From Alphaproteobacteria bacterium (GTDB lineage: Bacteria > Pseudomonadota > Alphaproteobacteria > GCA-2746255): DNA of 64,000 nt. The stretch is taken from NCBI GenBank assembly GCA_965249135.1, contig OZ252220.1, positions 1,216,001 to 1,280,000 on the forward strand, given 5' to 3'. The notes under the pieces are model-generated. The model was not told the origin of the DNA. It did no database searches and was given only the letters and a program-made list of their open reading frames with translations. The translations under genes were made by a program, and so were the position numbers. The first letter of the stretch is position 1, and every line of letters starts with the position of its first letter. Of this stretch, positions 33,390 to 42,993 are shown piece after piece.

Positions 33390-34271
33390 TTAAGCCGTCT
33401 CGCCACGGACCAACCGGTCGTAATCCTCCATCAGGTTGCGGGTGAGTTCGCCGACTTTGAAGCGGAACTCCCCGATCTCGCGGATGGGGGTCACCTCGGC
33501 GGCGGTGCCGGTGAGAAAGGCCTCCTCGAAATCCGCCATCTCTTCCGGCTGAATCGCGCGCTCATTGATCTCGATGCCGCGGGTCCGCGCCAGCGCCATC
33601 ACGCTTCGCCGGGTGATCCCGTCGAGAAAGCAATCGGGAACCGGCGTGTGCAGAACGCCGTCTTTCGCGAAGAAGACGTTCGCCCCCGTCGCCTCCGCGA
33701 TCCGCCCCCGCCAGTCGAGCATGAGGGCGTCGTCGTAGCCCTCCGCTTCGGCGGCGTGTTTCGACAGCGTGCAGATCATGTAGAGACCGGCCGCCTTCGT
33801 CTGGGTCGGCGCCGTGTTCGGCGCCGGACGGGCCCAGTCCGAGATGGTGAGGCGCAGGCCCTTGAGCCGCGCCTCCTTCGAAAAATAAGACGGCCAGGGC
33901 CAAGCCGCAATCGCCACGTGGATCTTCGTCTCCTGGGCGGAAACGCCCATCATCTCGCTGCCCCGCCAGGCGACGGGACGGACATAGCCATCCGAAATTT
34001 CAAGCGCCTCGATGACCTGGCGGCAGGCGCCATCGATCTCGGCTGGCGTGTAGGGCGGTGCGAAACCAAGCGCACGGGCGGAGGCGAAAAGACGTTCCGT
34101 ATGCTCCGTCAATTTAAAGATGGCGCCGCCATAGACCCGCTCGCCCTCGAAGACGCAACTCGCGTAGTGAAGGCCATGGCTGAGCACGTGGAGTCCGGCT
34201 TCGCGCCACGGGACAAGCGAACCGTCGTACCAGATGACCCCGTCGCGATCATCGAAGGGCAGCACCGTCAT
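33390..34271 (-). CDS. ilvE: Branched-chain amino acid aminotransferase
   Basis: HGLHYASCVFEG, KAAGLY, EATGANVF, LDGITR, GTAAEVTP. Confidence 0.96.
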   Translation of the reverse strand: MTVLPFDDRDGVIWYDGSLVPWREAGLHVLSHGLHYASCVFEGERVYGGAIFKLTEHTERLFASARALGFAPPYTPAEIDGACRQVIEALEISDGYVRPVAWRGSEMMGVSAQETKIHVAIAAWPWPSYFSKEARLKGLRLTISDWARPAPNTAPTQTKAAGLYMICTLSKHAAEAEGYDDALMLDWRGRIAEATGANVFFAKDGVLHTPVPDCFLDGITRRSVMALARTRGIEINERAIQPEEMADFEEAFLTGTAAEVTPIREIGEFRFKVGELTRNLMEDYDRLVRGETA

Positions 34272-34355
34272 CGGCAGCGTCTTTCCGGGATAAAAACCCT
34301 AGGAATCCCTACCGCGCTCGAAAGGGAGTTGATTCGAGTAGCATTCCCGTTCATA

Positions 34356-34376
34356 TATGTCAACATGGCTGACATA
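34356..34376. promoter_or_regulatory. Palindromic operator TATGTCA-N7-TGACATA over the MarR start codon
   Basis: Perfect 7-bp inverted repeat; autoregulation is inference. Confidence 0.55.
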
Positions 34377-34862
34377 AAATCCGGTGTGAATCCACTCTTT
34401 CTGCGCGAGGAGGAGCTTCGCCAAGGCATGGAACTCCTGTTCTACGCCTACCGAGACTTCACCGCCGAGCCGGACGCCATCTTAGCGAAGCACAAACTCG
34501 GCCGGGCGCATCACCGGGTGATCTATTTCGTCGGTCGCTACCCCTCGATCAGCGTCAGTGAACTGCTCGACATTCTCCGCATCACGAAGCAAAGCCTATC
34601 GCGCGTCCTAGGCGAACTTGTCCGTCAAGGCTTTATCACCCAGCAACCGGGGCAGCGCGACCGCCGTCAGCGCCTGCTTCAACTCACCGCGAAGGGCGCC
34701 GAGCTTGAGCGCAAGCTTTTCGAATCCCAACGCCAGCGCGTGGCGCGCGCCTATCGCGCCGCCGGCGCCGAGGCCGTCGAAGGGTATCGCAAGGTGCTGA
34801 GCGGGATGGTCGATGACGACGGCCGCGCAAAACCCTCACGCAACCGCGGCTCCGGAGCTTAA
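34365..34862 (+). CDS. MarR family transcriptional regulator (PetP-like)
   Basis: ELLFYAYRDFT, GRAHHRVIYF, ITKQSLSRVL, DRRQRLL; true start MADIKSG. Confidence 0.92.
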   Translation: MADIKSGVNPLFLREEELRQGMELLFYAYRDFTAEPDAILAKHKLGRAHHRVIYFVGRYPSISVSELLDILRITKQSLSRVLGELVRQGFITQQPGQRDRRQRLLQLTAKGAELERKLFESQRQRVARAYRAAGAEAVEGYRKVLSGMVDDDGRAKPSRNRGSGA

Positions 34863-34899
34863 GCCCGGCGGCCTCGGCGCCAATCGGAAACCGCCGCCC

Positions 34900-35583
34900 A
34901 TGACAGAGGCATGCACACATATTCTGGTCGTCGACGACGACACGCGGCTTCGCGACTTGCTTCGGAAGTACCTTACGGAGAACGGCTTTCGGATAACGAC
35001 GGCGCACGATGCCGCGGAGGCACGGGAAAAGCTGCAAAGCTTCGCCTTCGACCTGATCGTTCTCGATGTCATGATGCCGGGCGAAAGCGGCTTCGAGCTT
35101 ACGGATGCACTGCGCAAGGAAGGCGACATTCCAATTCTTCTTTTAACGGCGATGGGCGAAGCGGACGACCGCATCAAGGGACTCGAGGCCGGGGCCGACG
35201 ATTACCTTCCCAAGCCGTTCGAGCCGAGGGAATTGGTGCTTCGCATTCAGACGATCCTTCGGCGCGCCCAGGAAGAAGAGACGGCCGAGGCAATCCACCT
35301 TGGAGATTGCTCCTTCGATCTGGCGCGGGAGGAATTGCGTCGCGAAGGCGAGCTCGTTCGTTTGACGAGCGCCGAGGCGAGCCTGCTTGCCACGCTCGCC
35401 AAGCATGCGGGCCAAGCGCTTAGCCGGGAAAGGCTGGTCGAGGAGGCCCGCATCCGCGGCAACACGCGGACGGTCGACGTTCAGGTGACGCGGCTTCGCC
35501 GCAAGATCGAATCGGATCCGAAGCTTCCCCGCTATCTGCAGACGGTGCGCGGCCAAGGCTACGTGCTGCGTCCGGATCGCTAG
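34900..35583 (+). CDS. OmpR-family response regulator (PetR-like)
   Basis: ILVVDDD, LDVMMPG, GADDYLPKPF, RTVDVQVTRLRRKIE. Confidence 0.96.
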   Translation: MTEACTHILVVDDDTRLRDLLRKYLTENGFRITTAHDAAEAREKLQSFAFDLIVLDVMMPGESGFELTDALRKEGDIPILLLTAMGEADDRIKGLEAGADDYLPKPFEPRELVLRIQTILRRAQEEETAEAIHLGDCSFDLAREELRREGELVRLTSAEASLLATLAKHAGQALSRERLVEEARIRGNTRTVDVQVTRLRRKIESDPKLPRYLQTVRGQGYVLRPDR

Positions 35584-35595
35584 GAAAGACAAGGG

Positions 35596-36903
35596 ATGAT
35601 CAAACGCCTCCTGCCACAAACCCTTCTCGGGCGCTCGCTCATGATCATCGTGATGCCGCTCGTGTTGCTGCAGATCGTTGCCACCTACATTTTCTATGAG
35701 CGCCACTGGGACACGATCACCCGCCGTCTGGCCAGCGACCTGGCCGGTGAGATCACCGTCATCATCCATTTGATGGAACGCTATCCCGCGCCGGACGAGA
35801 AGAAGATGATCCTGGATCAGGCGCTGACCTTTCTCGAAATCCGCGCCTTCCTGAGGGAAGGCGAGGTGCTTCCCGCCGAAGAACCGGAGCCCGCCTTCGG
35901 CTTCCCCGATGACAAGCTCCGTCATGAGCTCGAGATTCGGTTGCGCCGACCCTTCCAGATCAACACCCAGAGCTACGATCGGGAAGTGGAGGTCCGGGTC
36001 CAGCTGCCGGAAGGGGTGCTGCAGATCATCACCCCGCGCAAGCGGCTGTTCAGCTCGACCACCTACGTCTTCATCATGTGGATGGTCGGGGTCTCGCTTA
36101 TTCTGTTCGCCATCGCGACGCTCTTCATGCGCAACCAGGTGCGCCCGATCCGCCGGCTTGCGATGGCCGCGAACCGTTTCGGGCGGGGACTCGATGTCCC
36201 CGATTTCAAGCCGGCCGGCGCGCTTGAGGTGCGTCAGGCGGCCAGTGCCTTCAACCTGATGCGGGAGCGGATCCAACGTCAAATCTCGCAGCGCACGGAT
36301 ATGCTGGCGGGCGTTTCCCACGACCTGAAGACGCCGCTAACGCGGATCAAGCTTCAGCTCGCGATGCTGAAGGACAACCCGGACATTGCGAGCATCCAGA
36401 CCGACGTCATCGACATGGAAACGATGCTGGAAGGCTACCTGGCGTTTGCCCGCGGGGAAGGCGGCGAGAAGGCGGTGGAGACGAATTTAAGCGATTTGCT
36501 GCGTGAGGTCGCGGAAGGGGCGCGGCGGGAGGGGGCTGCCGTCGATCTTCACATCGAAGGCGAGATGGTCTTGCCGCTGCGCCGCGATGCCTTCCGGCGG
36601 TGTCTCACGAATCTCGTTTCGAACAGCATGCTGCACGCCGAGCATATCGCCATTCGCGCCGGGCGGCGGGAAGCCGGCGTCGTGATGACGATCGACGATG
36701 ACGGCCCCGGCATTCCGGTGGAGCGGCGCGAAGAAGTCTTCCGTCCCTTCTACCGGCTGGATACGTCGCGCAACCGGGAGACCGGCGGCGTCGGGCTCGG
36801 CCTTTCGATCAGCCGGGACGTCATCCGCGGCCATGGCGGCGAGATTGCGCTCGACGATTCCCCACTTGGCGGTTTGCGCGTCCGGATCCGCCTGCCGCTC
36901 TGA
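35596..36903 (+). CDS. EnvZ-like sensor histidine kinase
   Basis: Two TM helices, HAMP domain, SHDLKTPLTR, DDDGPGI, GVGLGL. Confidence 0.96.
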   Translation: MIKRLLPQTLLGRSLMIIVMPLVLLQIVATYIFYERHWDTITRRLASDLAGEITVIIHLMERYPAPDEKKMILDQALTFLEIRAFLREGEVLPAEEPEPAFGFPDDKLRHELEIRLRRPFQINTQSYDREVEVRVQLPEGVLQIITPRKRLFSSTTYVFIMWMVGVSLILFAIATLFMRNQVRPIRRLAMAANRFGRGLDVPDFKPAGALEVRQAASAFNLMRERIQRQISQRTDMLAGVSHDLKTPLTRIKLQLAMLKDNPDIASIQTDVIDMETMLEGYLAFARGEGGEKAVETNLSDLLREVAEGARREGAAVDLHIEGEMVLPLRRDAFRRCLTNLVSNSMLHAEHIAIRAGRREAGVVMTIDDDGPGIPVERREEVFRPFYRLDTSRNRETGGVGLGLSISRDVIRGHGGEIALDDSPLGGLRVRIRLPL

Positions 36904-36915
36904 TTCTTAAGGCCC

Positions 36916-36951
36916 GAATAAGGAAGAGGCCGTCGGTAACCCGACGGCCTC
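36916..36951 (-). terminator. Terminator hairpin between convergent kinase and phasin genes
   Basis: GAGGCCGTCGG-TAAC-CCGACGGCCTC perfect 11-bp stem; pyrimidine-rich tail on the minus strand. Confidence 0.7.
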
Positions 36952-36979
36952 GATCCGGCCAAACCGTAGGATGCGATCT

Positions 36980-37465
36980 TTAAGACTTCTGAGGGGCCTT
37001 TCCGGGAGCGGGCTTGGCGGCGGCGGGCTTCTCGGCCGCCGGCTTGGGCGCCTGGACGACGGAGCGGAACTCGTCGAGGCCTTCCGAAAAACGCTGCTCG
37101 ACGACATGAAAAATCGCATTCGCGGACTTCGTCGTGAGCTCCGTCAATTCGTTGAGATCGGAGACCGCCTCTTCGAAGAGCGACTCGACGAGGTCGGCCT
37201 GCTTCGACGCTTTTTCCTCCGGCGTGCCTGCTTCGACGACCGCGTTGGCGCCCTTCGTGCAGGACTCGAAACAGCCCTTCGCGAGTTCGGCCTGACGCTT
37301 CGCCAGCGACTGGAATCCTTCGAAGGCGAGCTGACCGACGGCGGTCGCCGTCTCCATGTTCCTGCGCTGGCTGGCGACCAGCGTCTCGACTTCTACCTCC
37401 GGCAGGCGAAACTCGCCGAAGAGCTTGGTGACGTCCACGTTCAAGAATGGGTTCGCTTTTTCCAT
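36980..37465 (-). CDS. Phasin (PHA granule-associated protein)
   Basis: ASQRRNMETA...LAFEGFQSLAKRQAE...KSANAIF...RFSEGLDE, Ala/Lys/Pro-rich tail, PhaR-type boxes upstream; alternative start 37474. Confidence 0.88.
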   Translation of the reverse strand: MEKANPFLNVDVTKLFGEFRLPEVEVETLVASQRRNMETATAVGQLAFEGFQSLAKRQAELAKGCFESCTKGANAVVEAGTPEEKASKQADLVESLFEEAVSDLNELTELTTKSANAIFHVVEQRFSEGLDEFRSVVQAPKPAAEKPAAAKPAPGKAPQKS

Positions 37466-37531
37466 GACATTCATCCTCTGCTCGTTCCCGGCCGGTGCGC
37501 TCGGCACGTAACGGCCCTTATGTTCCAATCT

Positions 37532-37630
37532 ATGCTGCACTGCATGCTGCAGTGTATGCTGCACTGCACAATCGGGCAGGAATATGGGCTTTTCCGGCCG
37601 ATCCGTCAAGATTTATATTGCAGTGCATAA
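37532..37630. promoter_or_regulatory. PhaR(AniA)-type boxes upstream of phasin, including a 12-nt triplication
   Basis: ATGCTGCACTGC ATGCTGCAGTGT ATGCTGCACTGC and TTGCAGTGCATAA (TGC-N3-GCA cores). Confidence 0.65.
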
Positions 37631-37664
37631 AAGGGTGGAAAGCGGCCCTTTCCGGCCCGATCCG

Positions 37665-38492
37665 TCAGTCGCCGAGCTCACGCGAGCGGGCCGCCGCGGC
37701 GGCCACCGCCTGGTCGATCAGGGCCTGCAGGCCATCGCCCTCGAGGAGCAGCTTAAGGGCGGCTTCCGTCGTGCCGCCGGGGCTGGTGACGTGCTGGCGG
37801 AGCACATCCGGCGCCTCGACGGAGCGGCGCAGAAGCGCGCCGGAGCCGCTTACCGTCACCCGGGCCAGCCGCCAGGCCAGCGATGCCGGCAGCCCTGCCT
37901 TGATGCCGGCCTTGGCCAGGCATTCCGTGAACAAAAAGACGTAGGCCGGGCCGCCGCCGGAGACCGCCGTGACGATATCGAGCAGGCCCTCATCGCCGAC
38001 CCAGTCGCTTTCGCCGACCGCCTCGAGCAGGCGCTGGCAAAGCCCACGCTGTTCCTCGGTGACGGGGGGGTTTGCAAAGGCCACCGAGATGCCACGGCGA
38101 ACGGCGGCGGGCGTGTTCGGCATGGCACGCACGATCGCGGCCTCCGTGCCTAAGCCTTCCTCGAAGAAACGAATTCGTTTTCCGGCAACGATGGAAAGGA
38201 AGACCGTCTCTCTTCCGGCGAACCGGCGGCAGTCTTTGAGGACCGCCTCCATTTCCTGGGGCTTCACGGCGAAGACGACGACCGTGGGCCGATAGGCGGC
38301 ATCCAGCGCGTCCATCGCGGGCAGGATGCGAAGCCCGGCCCGGCAGCGGAAGGCTTCGGCGGCGGCAGGTGACGGCTCGATGACCGTTACCTGCTCGGGC
38401 GGAACCCTGCGCTCCAGCCAGCCATCGAGCATGGCGCCGCCCATCTTGCCGCAACCAATAAGAAGAGTGGGCGCTTCCACGGATATGCCCAT
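37665..38492 (-). CDS. proC: Pyrroline-5-carboxylate reductase
   Basis: IGCGKMG, AVKPQ, RAMPNTP, SGGGPAY, VTSPGGTT. Confidence 0.97.
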   Translation of the reverse strand: MGISVEAPTLLIGCGKMGGAMLDGWLERRVPPEQVTVIEPSPAAAEAFRCRAGLRILPAMDALDAAYRPTVVVFAVKPQEMEAVLKDCRRFAGRETVFLSIVAGKRIRFFEEGLGTEAAIVRAMPNTPAAVRRGISVAFANPPVTEEQRGLCQRLLEAVGESDWVGDEGLLDIVTAVSGGGPAYVFLFTECLAKAGIKAGLPASLAWRLARVTVSGSGALLRRSVEAPDVLRQHVTSPGGTTEAALKLLLEGDGLQALIDQAVAAAAARSRELGD

Positions 38493-38504
38493 GCCCGATG
38501 AAGC

Positions 38505-39008
38505 CTAAGCTTCGCCGATCGTATCGAGCAGCGCGAGCTGGAGCGCCTCCGATGGTTCCTTGTTCCCCCAGAGCACGAACTGCAACGCTGGGTAGAAGCG
38601 ATCGCACTCGATTAACCCCGTCTCCATCAGGTCCTCGATTTGTTCGGAACTCGCCCCATGCATGCCGCGAAGAGGCAGCGTGTGACGAAACATCGGCAGG
38701 CCGTCTTCCGACCACATGTCGAAATGCCCGAGCCACAGCCGCTCATTCGCCGAGGTCAGAAGCTCGGCAATCGGGCGGCGCTTCGGGCCAGGCACGCGAA
38801 GATCCATCGCGCAGGAAAAATGCAGGGCGTCCGCCTCCCGCCGCCACGCAAAATACAGATTGAGATCGCACCACCGCCCCGGCACATCGGCGGAAAGCTC
38901 TTCCCGGTTGGCCCGTTTGAAGAGCCAATCGTGATGGACGAGAAGGTCCTCGACGAGATCGAGGGGGTTTGACGGGCGGCTTCTTATGGATGTGGACAGC
39001 ACGGTCAT
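38505..39008 (-). CDS. YbjN-domain protein
   Basis: NPLDLVE, ANERLWLGHFDMW, ECDRFYPALQFVLW; conserved position next to proC. Confidence 0.85.
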   Translation of the reverse strand: MTVLSTSIRSRPSNPLDLVEDLLVHHDWLFKRANREELSADVPGRWCDLNLYFAWRREADALHFSCAMDLRVPGPKRRPIAELLTSANERLWLGHFDMWSEDGLPMFRHTLPLRGMHGASSEQIEDLMETGLIECDRFYPALQFVLWGNKEPSEALQLALLDTIGEA

Positions 39009-39234
39009 CGAAACGTCCTCTGGCGGGTGACGGGCCCTTAAGGACACGAGATATGGGGTACTACCCTCCTGCAATACACCATACCGGCCAAATTGCCAGA
39101 ATGTCCCGCGCCGCGCAAGCCGTGAGTGAAAAGCGGCCCCCCCCACCCGGCAAGCCGGGCCTGGCAAGCCGGCTCGCGAGTTGCGGCGGCAGGGACCCGG
39201 TCCTATAAGGAGAGCGGACTTAGGGGATGACGCC

Positions 39235-40221
39235 ATGATCGTGGTAACGGGCGGCGCCGGTTTCATCGGGTCGAACCTGTTGGCCGGCCTCGATGCCCAG
39301 GGTGAAAAGGCGCTCGTCGTCAGCGACCGTCTGGACGATGGAGAGAAGTGGCAGAACGTCGCGAAACGAAGTCTCACCGACATCGTTCGACCGGACGATC
39401 TGATGCCTTTCCTCGACAGCCACCGCGGCGAGGTGACGGCGATCTTCCATCTCGGTGCGATTTCCGACACCACCGTGCTGGATACGGAACGTCTGCTGGA
39501 GACGAATTTTCGTCTTTCCGTTTCCCTATGGGAGTACGCTGCCGAAGAAGGCATCCGTTTCTTCTACGCCTCCTCGGCCGCCACCTACGGGGACGGGTCC
39601 CAAGGATTCGACGACGACGGATCGCCGGAAGCGCTGGCCAAGTTTCGGCCGCTCAACCCTTACGGCTGGAGCAAACATCTCTTCGACCAGCATGTCGCCA
39701 AGGCCGTTCGCGAAGGCCGGCCGGAGCCACCCCAGTGGATAGGGCTCAAATTCTTCAATGTCTATGGGCCGAACGAATACCACAAGGGACGGCAGAAGAG
39801 TGTCATCGCCCAGATCTTCCCGGACGTGAAAGCCGGCCGATCGGTCCGTCTTTTCCGTTCGCACAATCCGGACTATCCGGATGGCGGTCAGTTGCGCGAC
39901 TTCCTGTGGGTCGGCGACAGCGTGGAAGTGATCCTGTGGCTTTACGCGCATCCGCATGTAAGCGGGCTTTTCAATCTTGGCTCCGGCAAGGCCCGAAGCT
40001 TCCTGGACCTTGCCTATGCGCTGTTCGCCGCCCTTGAGGCGGAACCAAGAATCGAATTCATCGACACGCCGGAAGAAGTCCGCGAGCGTTACCAGTACTT
40101 CACCCAGGCGGAGATGTTGCACCTTCGCCAGGCGGGGTACGATCAACCTTTTCTTTCGCTCGAAGACGGGATCGCGCGCTACGTGCGCGACCACCTGAAT
40201 ACGGCGGATCCTTACGTCTAG
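39235..40221 (+). CDS. rfaD: ADP-L-glycero-D-manno-heptose 6-epimerase
   Basis: TGGAGFIGSN, HLGAISDT, YASSAATYG, YGWSK, FNVYGPNEYHKG, YQYFTQA. Confidence 0.96.
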   Translation: MIVVTGGAGFIGSNLLAGLDAQGEKALVVSDRLDDGEKWQNVAKRSLTDIVRPDDLMPFLDSHRGEVTAIFHLGAISDTTVLDTERLLETNFRLSVSLWEYAAEEGIRFFYASSAATYGDGSQGFDDDGSPEALAKFRPLNPYGWSKHLFDQHVAKAVREGRPEPPQWIGLKFFNVYGPNEYHKGRQKSVIAQIFPDVKAGRSVRLFRSHNPDYPDGGQLRDFLWVGDSVEVILWLYAHPHVSGLFNLGSGKARSFLDLAYALFAALEAEPRIEFIDTPEEVRERYQYFTQAEMLHLRQAGYDQPFLSLEDGIARYVRDHLNTADPYV

Positions 40222-40234
40222 CGGTGGTTTGAAG

Positions 40235-41035
40235 ATGTTGCCCGTCCTTGCCTTCCCAGCCATCGAGCCTGTGCTTTTCGAGTTCGGCCCCATCGCGATC
40301 CGCTGGTACGCGCTGGCTTACGTGGCGGGCCTGCTTTTGGGGTGGTGGTACCTCCGAACTCTGGCCGTGCGACCGCCGCCGGTGATGACGCAACGCCAGG
40401 CGGACGACCTTTTGCTGTGGGCCACGCTCGGCGTCCTGCTTGGCGGGCGCGTCGGCTACGTGCTCATCTACAATCCCGGCTTCTATTTCGACCACCCGAT
40501 GGAAATCCTGGCCGTCTGGCGCGGCGGCATGGCCTTCCACGGCGGCCTGGTCGGGGTCCTGCTGGCCACCGGCCTGTTCTGCTGGCGGCAGAAACTTTCC
40601 TTCCTTGCCGTCAGCGATCTGGTGGCCTGCGTGACCCCCATCGGGCTTTTCCTTGGCCGCATCGCCAATTTCATCAATGGCGAACTTTACGGACGCATGA
40701 CGGAGGTTCCCTGGGGGGTCGTCTTTCCGAACGGCGGGCCGAAGGCACGCCATCCGAGTCAGATCTACGAAGCCCTGCTTGAAGGCGCGCTTCTCTTTCT
40801 CCTTCTATACGTGCTCATGCGATTCACGAATGCGCGAGACAAGCCGGGGCTGCTTGGCGGCGTCTTTCTTGGCGGGTATGCGATCGTGCGTTATGGCGTC
40901 GAGTATTATCGCCAGCCGGACACGCAGGTCGGGCTCATCGGACCGGGGCTCACCATGGGACAGGTGCTTTGCGTGCCCCTCTTCCTCGCCGGTCTCGCAC
41001 TCTTTCTCTGGGCATGGAGGAAACGGCCCGCCTGA
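40235..41035 (+). CDS. lgt: Prolipoprotein diacylglyceryl transferase
   Basis: IRWYALAY, GGMAFHGG, GRIANFINGELYGR, RHPSQIYE. Confidence 0.98.
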   Translation: MLPVLAFPAIEPVLFEFGPIAIRWYALAYVAGLLLGWWYLRTLAVRPPPVMTQRQADDLLLWATLGVLLGGRVGYVLIYNPGFYFDHPMEILAVWRGGMAFHGGLVGVLLATGLFCWRQKLSFLAVSDLVACVTPIGLFLGRIANFINGELYGRMTEVPWGVVFPNGGPKARHPSQIYEALLEGALLFLLLYVLMRFTNARDKPGLLGGVFLGGYAIVRYGVEYYRQPDTQVGLIGPGLTMGQVLCVPLFLAGLALFLWAWRKRPA

Positions 41036-42111
41036 ACGCGATGGCGCGGCTGCTCCGCCGGCGGATCGAGCTTGGCGGACCCATCCCGCTTGCCGAATAC
41101 ATGGCACTGGCGCTTACCCACCCGGAGCACGGCTACTATCAACAGGCGGAGCCCTTCGGGACGGCCGGCGATTTCATCACCGCGCCGGAGATCAGCCAGA
41201 TCTTCGGCGAGCTCCTCGGTGGGTGGTGCGGGGCCGTCTGGGAGGCGCTAGGCAGCCCGAACCCGGTCCTTTTGGTCGAACTGGGGCCGGGCCGCGGCAC
41301 GCTGATGAAGGATGCGCTTCGCGCCGCCTGCAAGAAGGACGGCTTTCAAGAAGCAGCCCGGCTGCACCTGATCGAGACGAGCAGGCGGCTGAAGGCGCAG
41401 CAGGCGGAAAATTTGCGAGAATTTTGGCCGCTCTTTCACGAGCATCCGGGCGAGCTTCCGGACGGTCCGATCCTGCTTCTCGCCAACGAATTCTTCGACG
41501 CCCTTCCCATCCGCCAATTCGAACGCACGCAAAGCGGCTGGCGCGAACGCCTGGTCACCTTCGAGCCGGGCGCATCCGCCTTTCGTTTCACGCTTGCTGA
41601 CGCCGTGACGCCAGAGGTGCAAATACCGGCGCGCCTGCGTATAGCACCTTTGGGAAGCATCGCCGAGATTTCGCTGCCCGCGCTTGGGCTTGCCGCAGAC
41701 ATCGGCGAACGCGTATGCAACTTCGGAGGGGCCGCGTTGATTCTCGATTACGGCGCGCCGGAAACGCAAGTGGTTGCGACGTTTCAATCCGTGCATGCGC
41801 ATGGCTTCCACGACCCGCTCGCGCATCCAGGGGAGGCGGACCTTACCGCCCATGTCGATTTCGAATCCCTGGCCGAGGCGGCACGCGCCGGCGGCGCTTA
41901 CGCTACGGATTCGATTCCCCAGGGCCTTTGGCTTACGCGTCTTGGCATTCGCGAACGCGCAGAGCGGCTCTTGGAAGGGGTGGATCTTACGGATCGGTCC
42001 GCCATTCGCAGCGCCTGCCACCGCTTGATCGATCCGCAAGAAATGGGCACCCTGTTCCGGGCCATGGCGATCGCGCAACCAGATCCGATCGCCCTGCCCG
42101 GCTTTGACTAG
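41014..42111 (+). CDS. SAM-dependent methyltransferase, MidA/NDUFAF7 family
   Basis: GDFITAPEISQIFGE, ELGPGRGT, ANEFFDALP, DLTAHVDF; start could be 41041. Confidence 0.93.
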   Translation: MEETARLNAMARLLRRRIELGGPIPLAEYMALALTHPEHGYYQQAEPFGTAGDFITAPEISQIFGELLGGWCGAVWEALGSPNPVLLVELGPGRGTLMKDALRAACKKDGFQEAARLHLIETSRRLKAQQAENLREFWPLFHEHPGELPDGPILLLANEFFDALPIRQFERTQSGWRERLVTFEPGASAFRFTLADAVTPEVQIPARLRIAPLGSIAEISLPALGLAADIGERVCNFGGAALILDYGAPETQVVATFQSVHAHGFHDPLAHPGEADLTAHVDFESLAEAARAGGAYATDSIPQGLWLTRLGIRERAERLLEGVDLTDRSAIRSACHRLIDPQEMGTLFRAMAIAQPDPIALPGFD

Positions 42112-42126
42112 GGGTGAAATGGTCCC

Positions 42127-42909
42127 GTGCTTACCCATCCGACCCTCGATTCGCTCCCGCATATCGCCCACGCCTTCTTTACCCGCGAAGGCGGGACGAG
42201 CGAGGGGATTTACGCCTCCTTGAATTGCGGTCCGGGTTCCGGCGACGCACCGGAACGCGTCGCGGAAAACCGGCGGCGCGCCATGACGCGGCTGGGGCTG
42301 GCCGCCGACGCGCTGGCGACGGCAAGGCAGGTGCATGGCCGCGCCGTCCTTTTCGTCGAACGGCCCCTGACACTGGGGGCGCCGTCGGGGTCAGCATCGG
42401 AGGCGGACGGGTTGGTCACGAACGTACCTGGAATCGCGCTTGGCGTGCTGACGGCGGATTGTGCGCCGGTTTTGCTTGCCGATGCAAAAGCCGGCGTCAT
42501 CGGCGCGGTCCATGCCGGCTGGCGCGGCGCCGCAGAAGGGGTGATGGAAGCCGTCATCGAGGAGATGGAAGACTTAGGCGCTGCGCGCTTACGGCTTTGC
42601 GCCGTCATCGGGCCCTGCATCGGCGCCCCATCCTACGAGGTGGGGCCTGAATTTCCGGCCCCCTTCCTTGAGCAAGATCCGGCCCATGCCCGGTTCTTCA
42701 CGGAAGCAAGCAAGGGGCGTTTCCGGTTCGACCTGGCGGCTTACGTCGAGGCGCGGCTGGAAGAGCTTGCCATTCCCAGCGTCGAGCGGATCGCAGCCGA
42801 TACCTATACGGACGCGGAGCGCTTCTTCAGCTATCGCCGCGCCGTGCTTGCGGGCGAGCCGGATTATGGCCGCACCCTTTCCGCCATCGCCATCAAAGAG
42901 GAGGCTTAG
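42127..42909 (+). CDS. pgeF: Peptidoglycan editing factor PgeF (YfiH/laccase-like)
   Basis: FFTREGG, QVHG, TADCAPV, HAGWRG, FFSYRR. Confidence 0.94.
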   Translation: MLTHPTLDSLPHIAHAFFTREGGTSEGIYASLNCGPGSGDAPERVAENRRRAMTRLGLAADALATARQVHGRAVLFVERPLTLGAPSGSASEADGLVTNVPGIALGVLTADCAPVLLADAKAGVIGAVHAGWRGAAEGVMEAVIEEMEDLGAARLRLCAVIGPCIGAPSYEVGPEFPAPFLEQDPAHARFFTEASKGRFRFDLAAYVEARLEELAIPSVERIAADTYTDAERFFSYRRAVLAGEPDYGRTLSAIAIKEEA

Positions 42910-42924
42910 GCGCCGGTGCCCTAT

Positions 42925-42993
42925 ATGGTGCAGTTCCTTCTTTTTCTTTTTGTCGCCATCCTACTCGCACTGCTTGCCAGCTGCGTGTTCTAG
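42925..42993 (+). CDS. Putative 22-aa hydrophobic micro-ORF MVQFLLFLFVAILLALLASCVF
   Basis: Hydrophobic run with lipobox-like LASC; stop TAG abuts the next ATG in frame; possible GTG start 42916 after AGAGGAGG. Confidence 0.4.
   Translation: MVQFLLFLFVAILLALLASCVF

Noticed and set aside
33648-34364. Long N-terminal extensions in track ORFs (MarR, petB, petC, YbjN, aldolase, ELM1, MoaD)
   Set aside because: Artefacts of choosing the most upstream start; they overlap neighbouring genes and are not fusions
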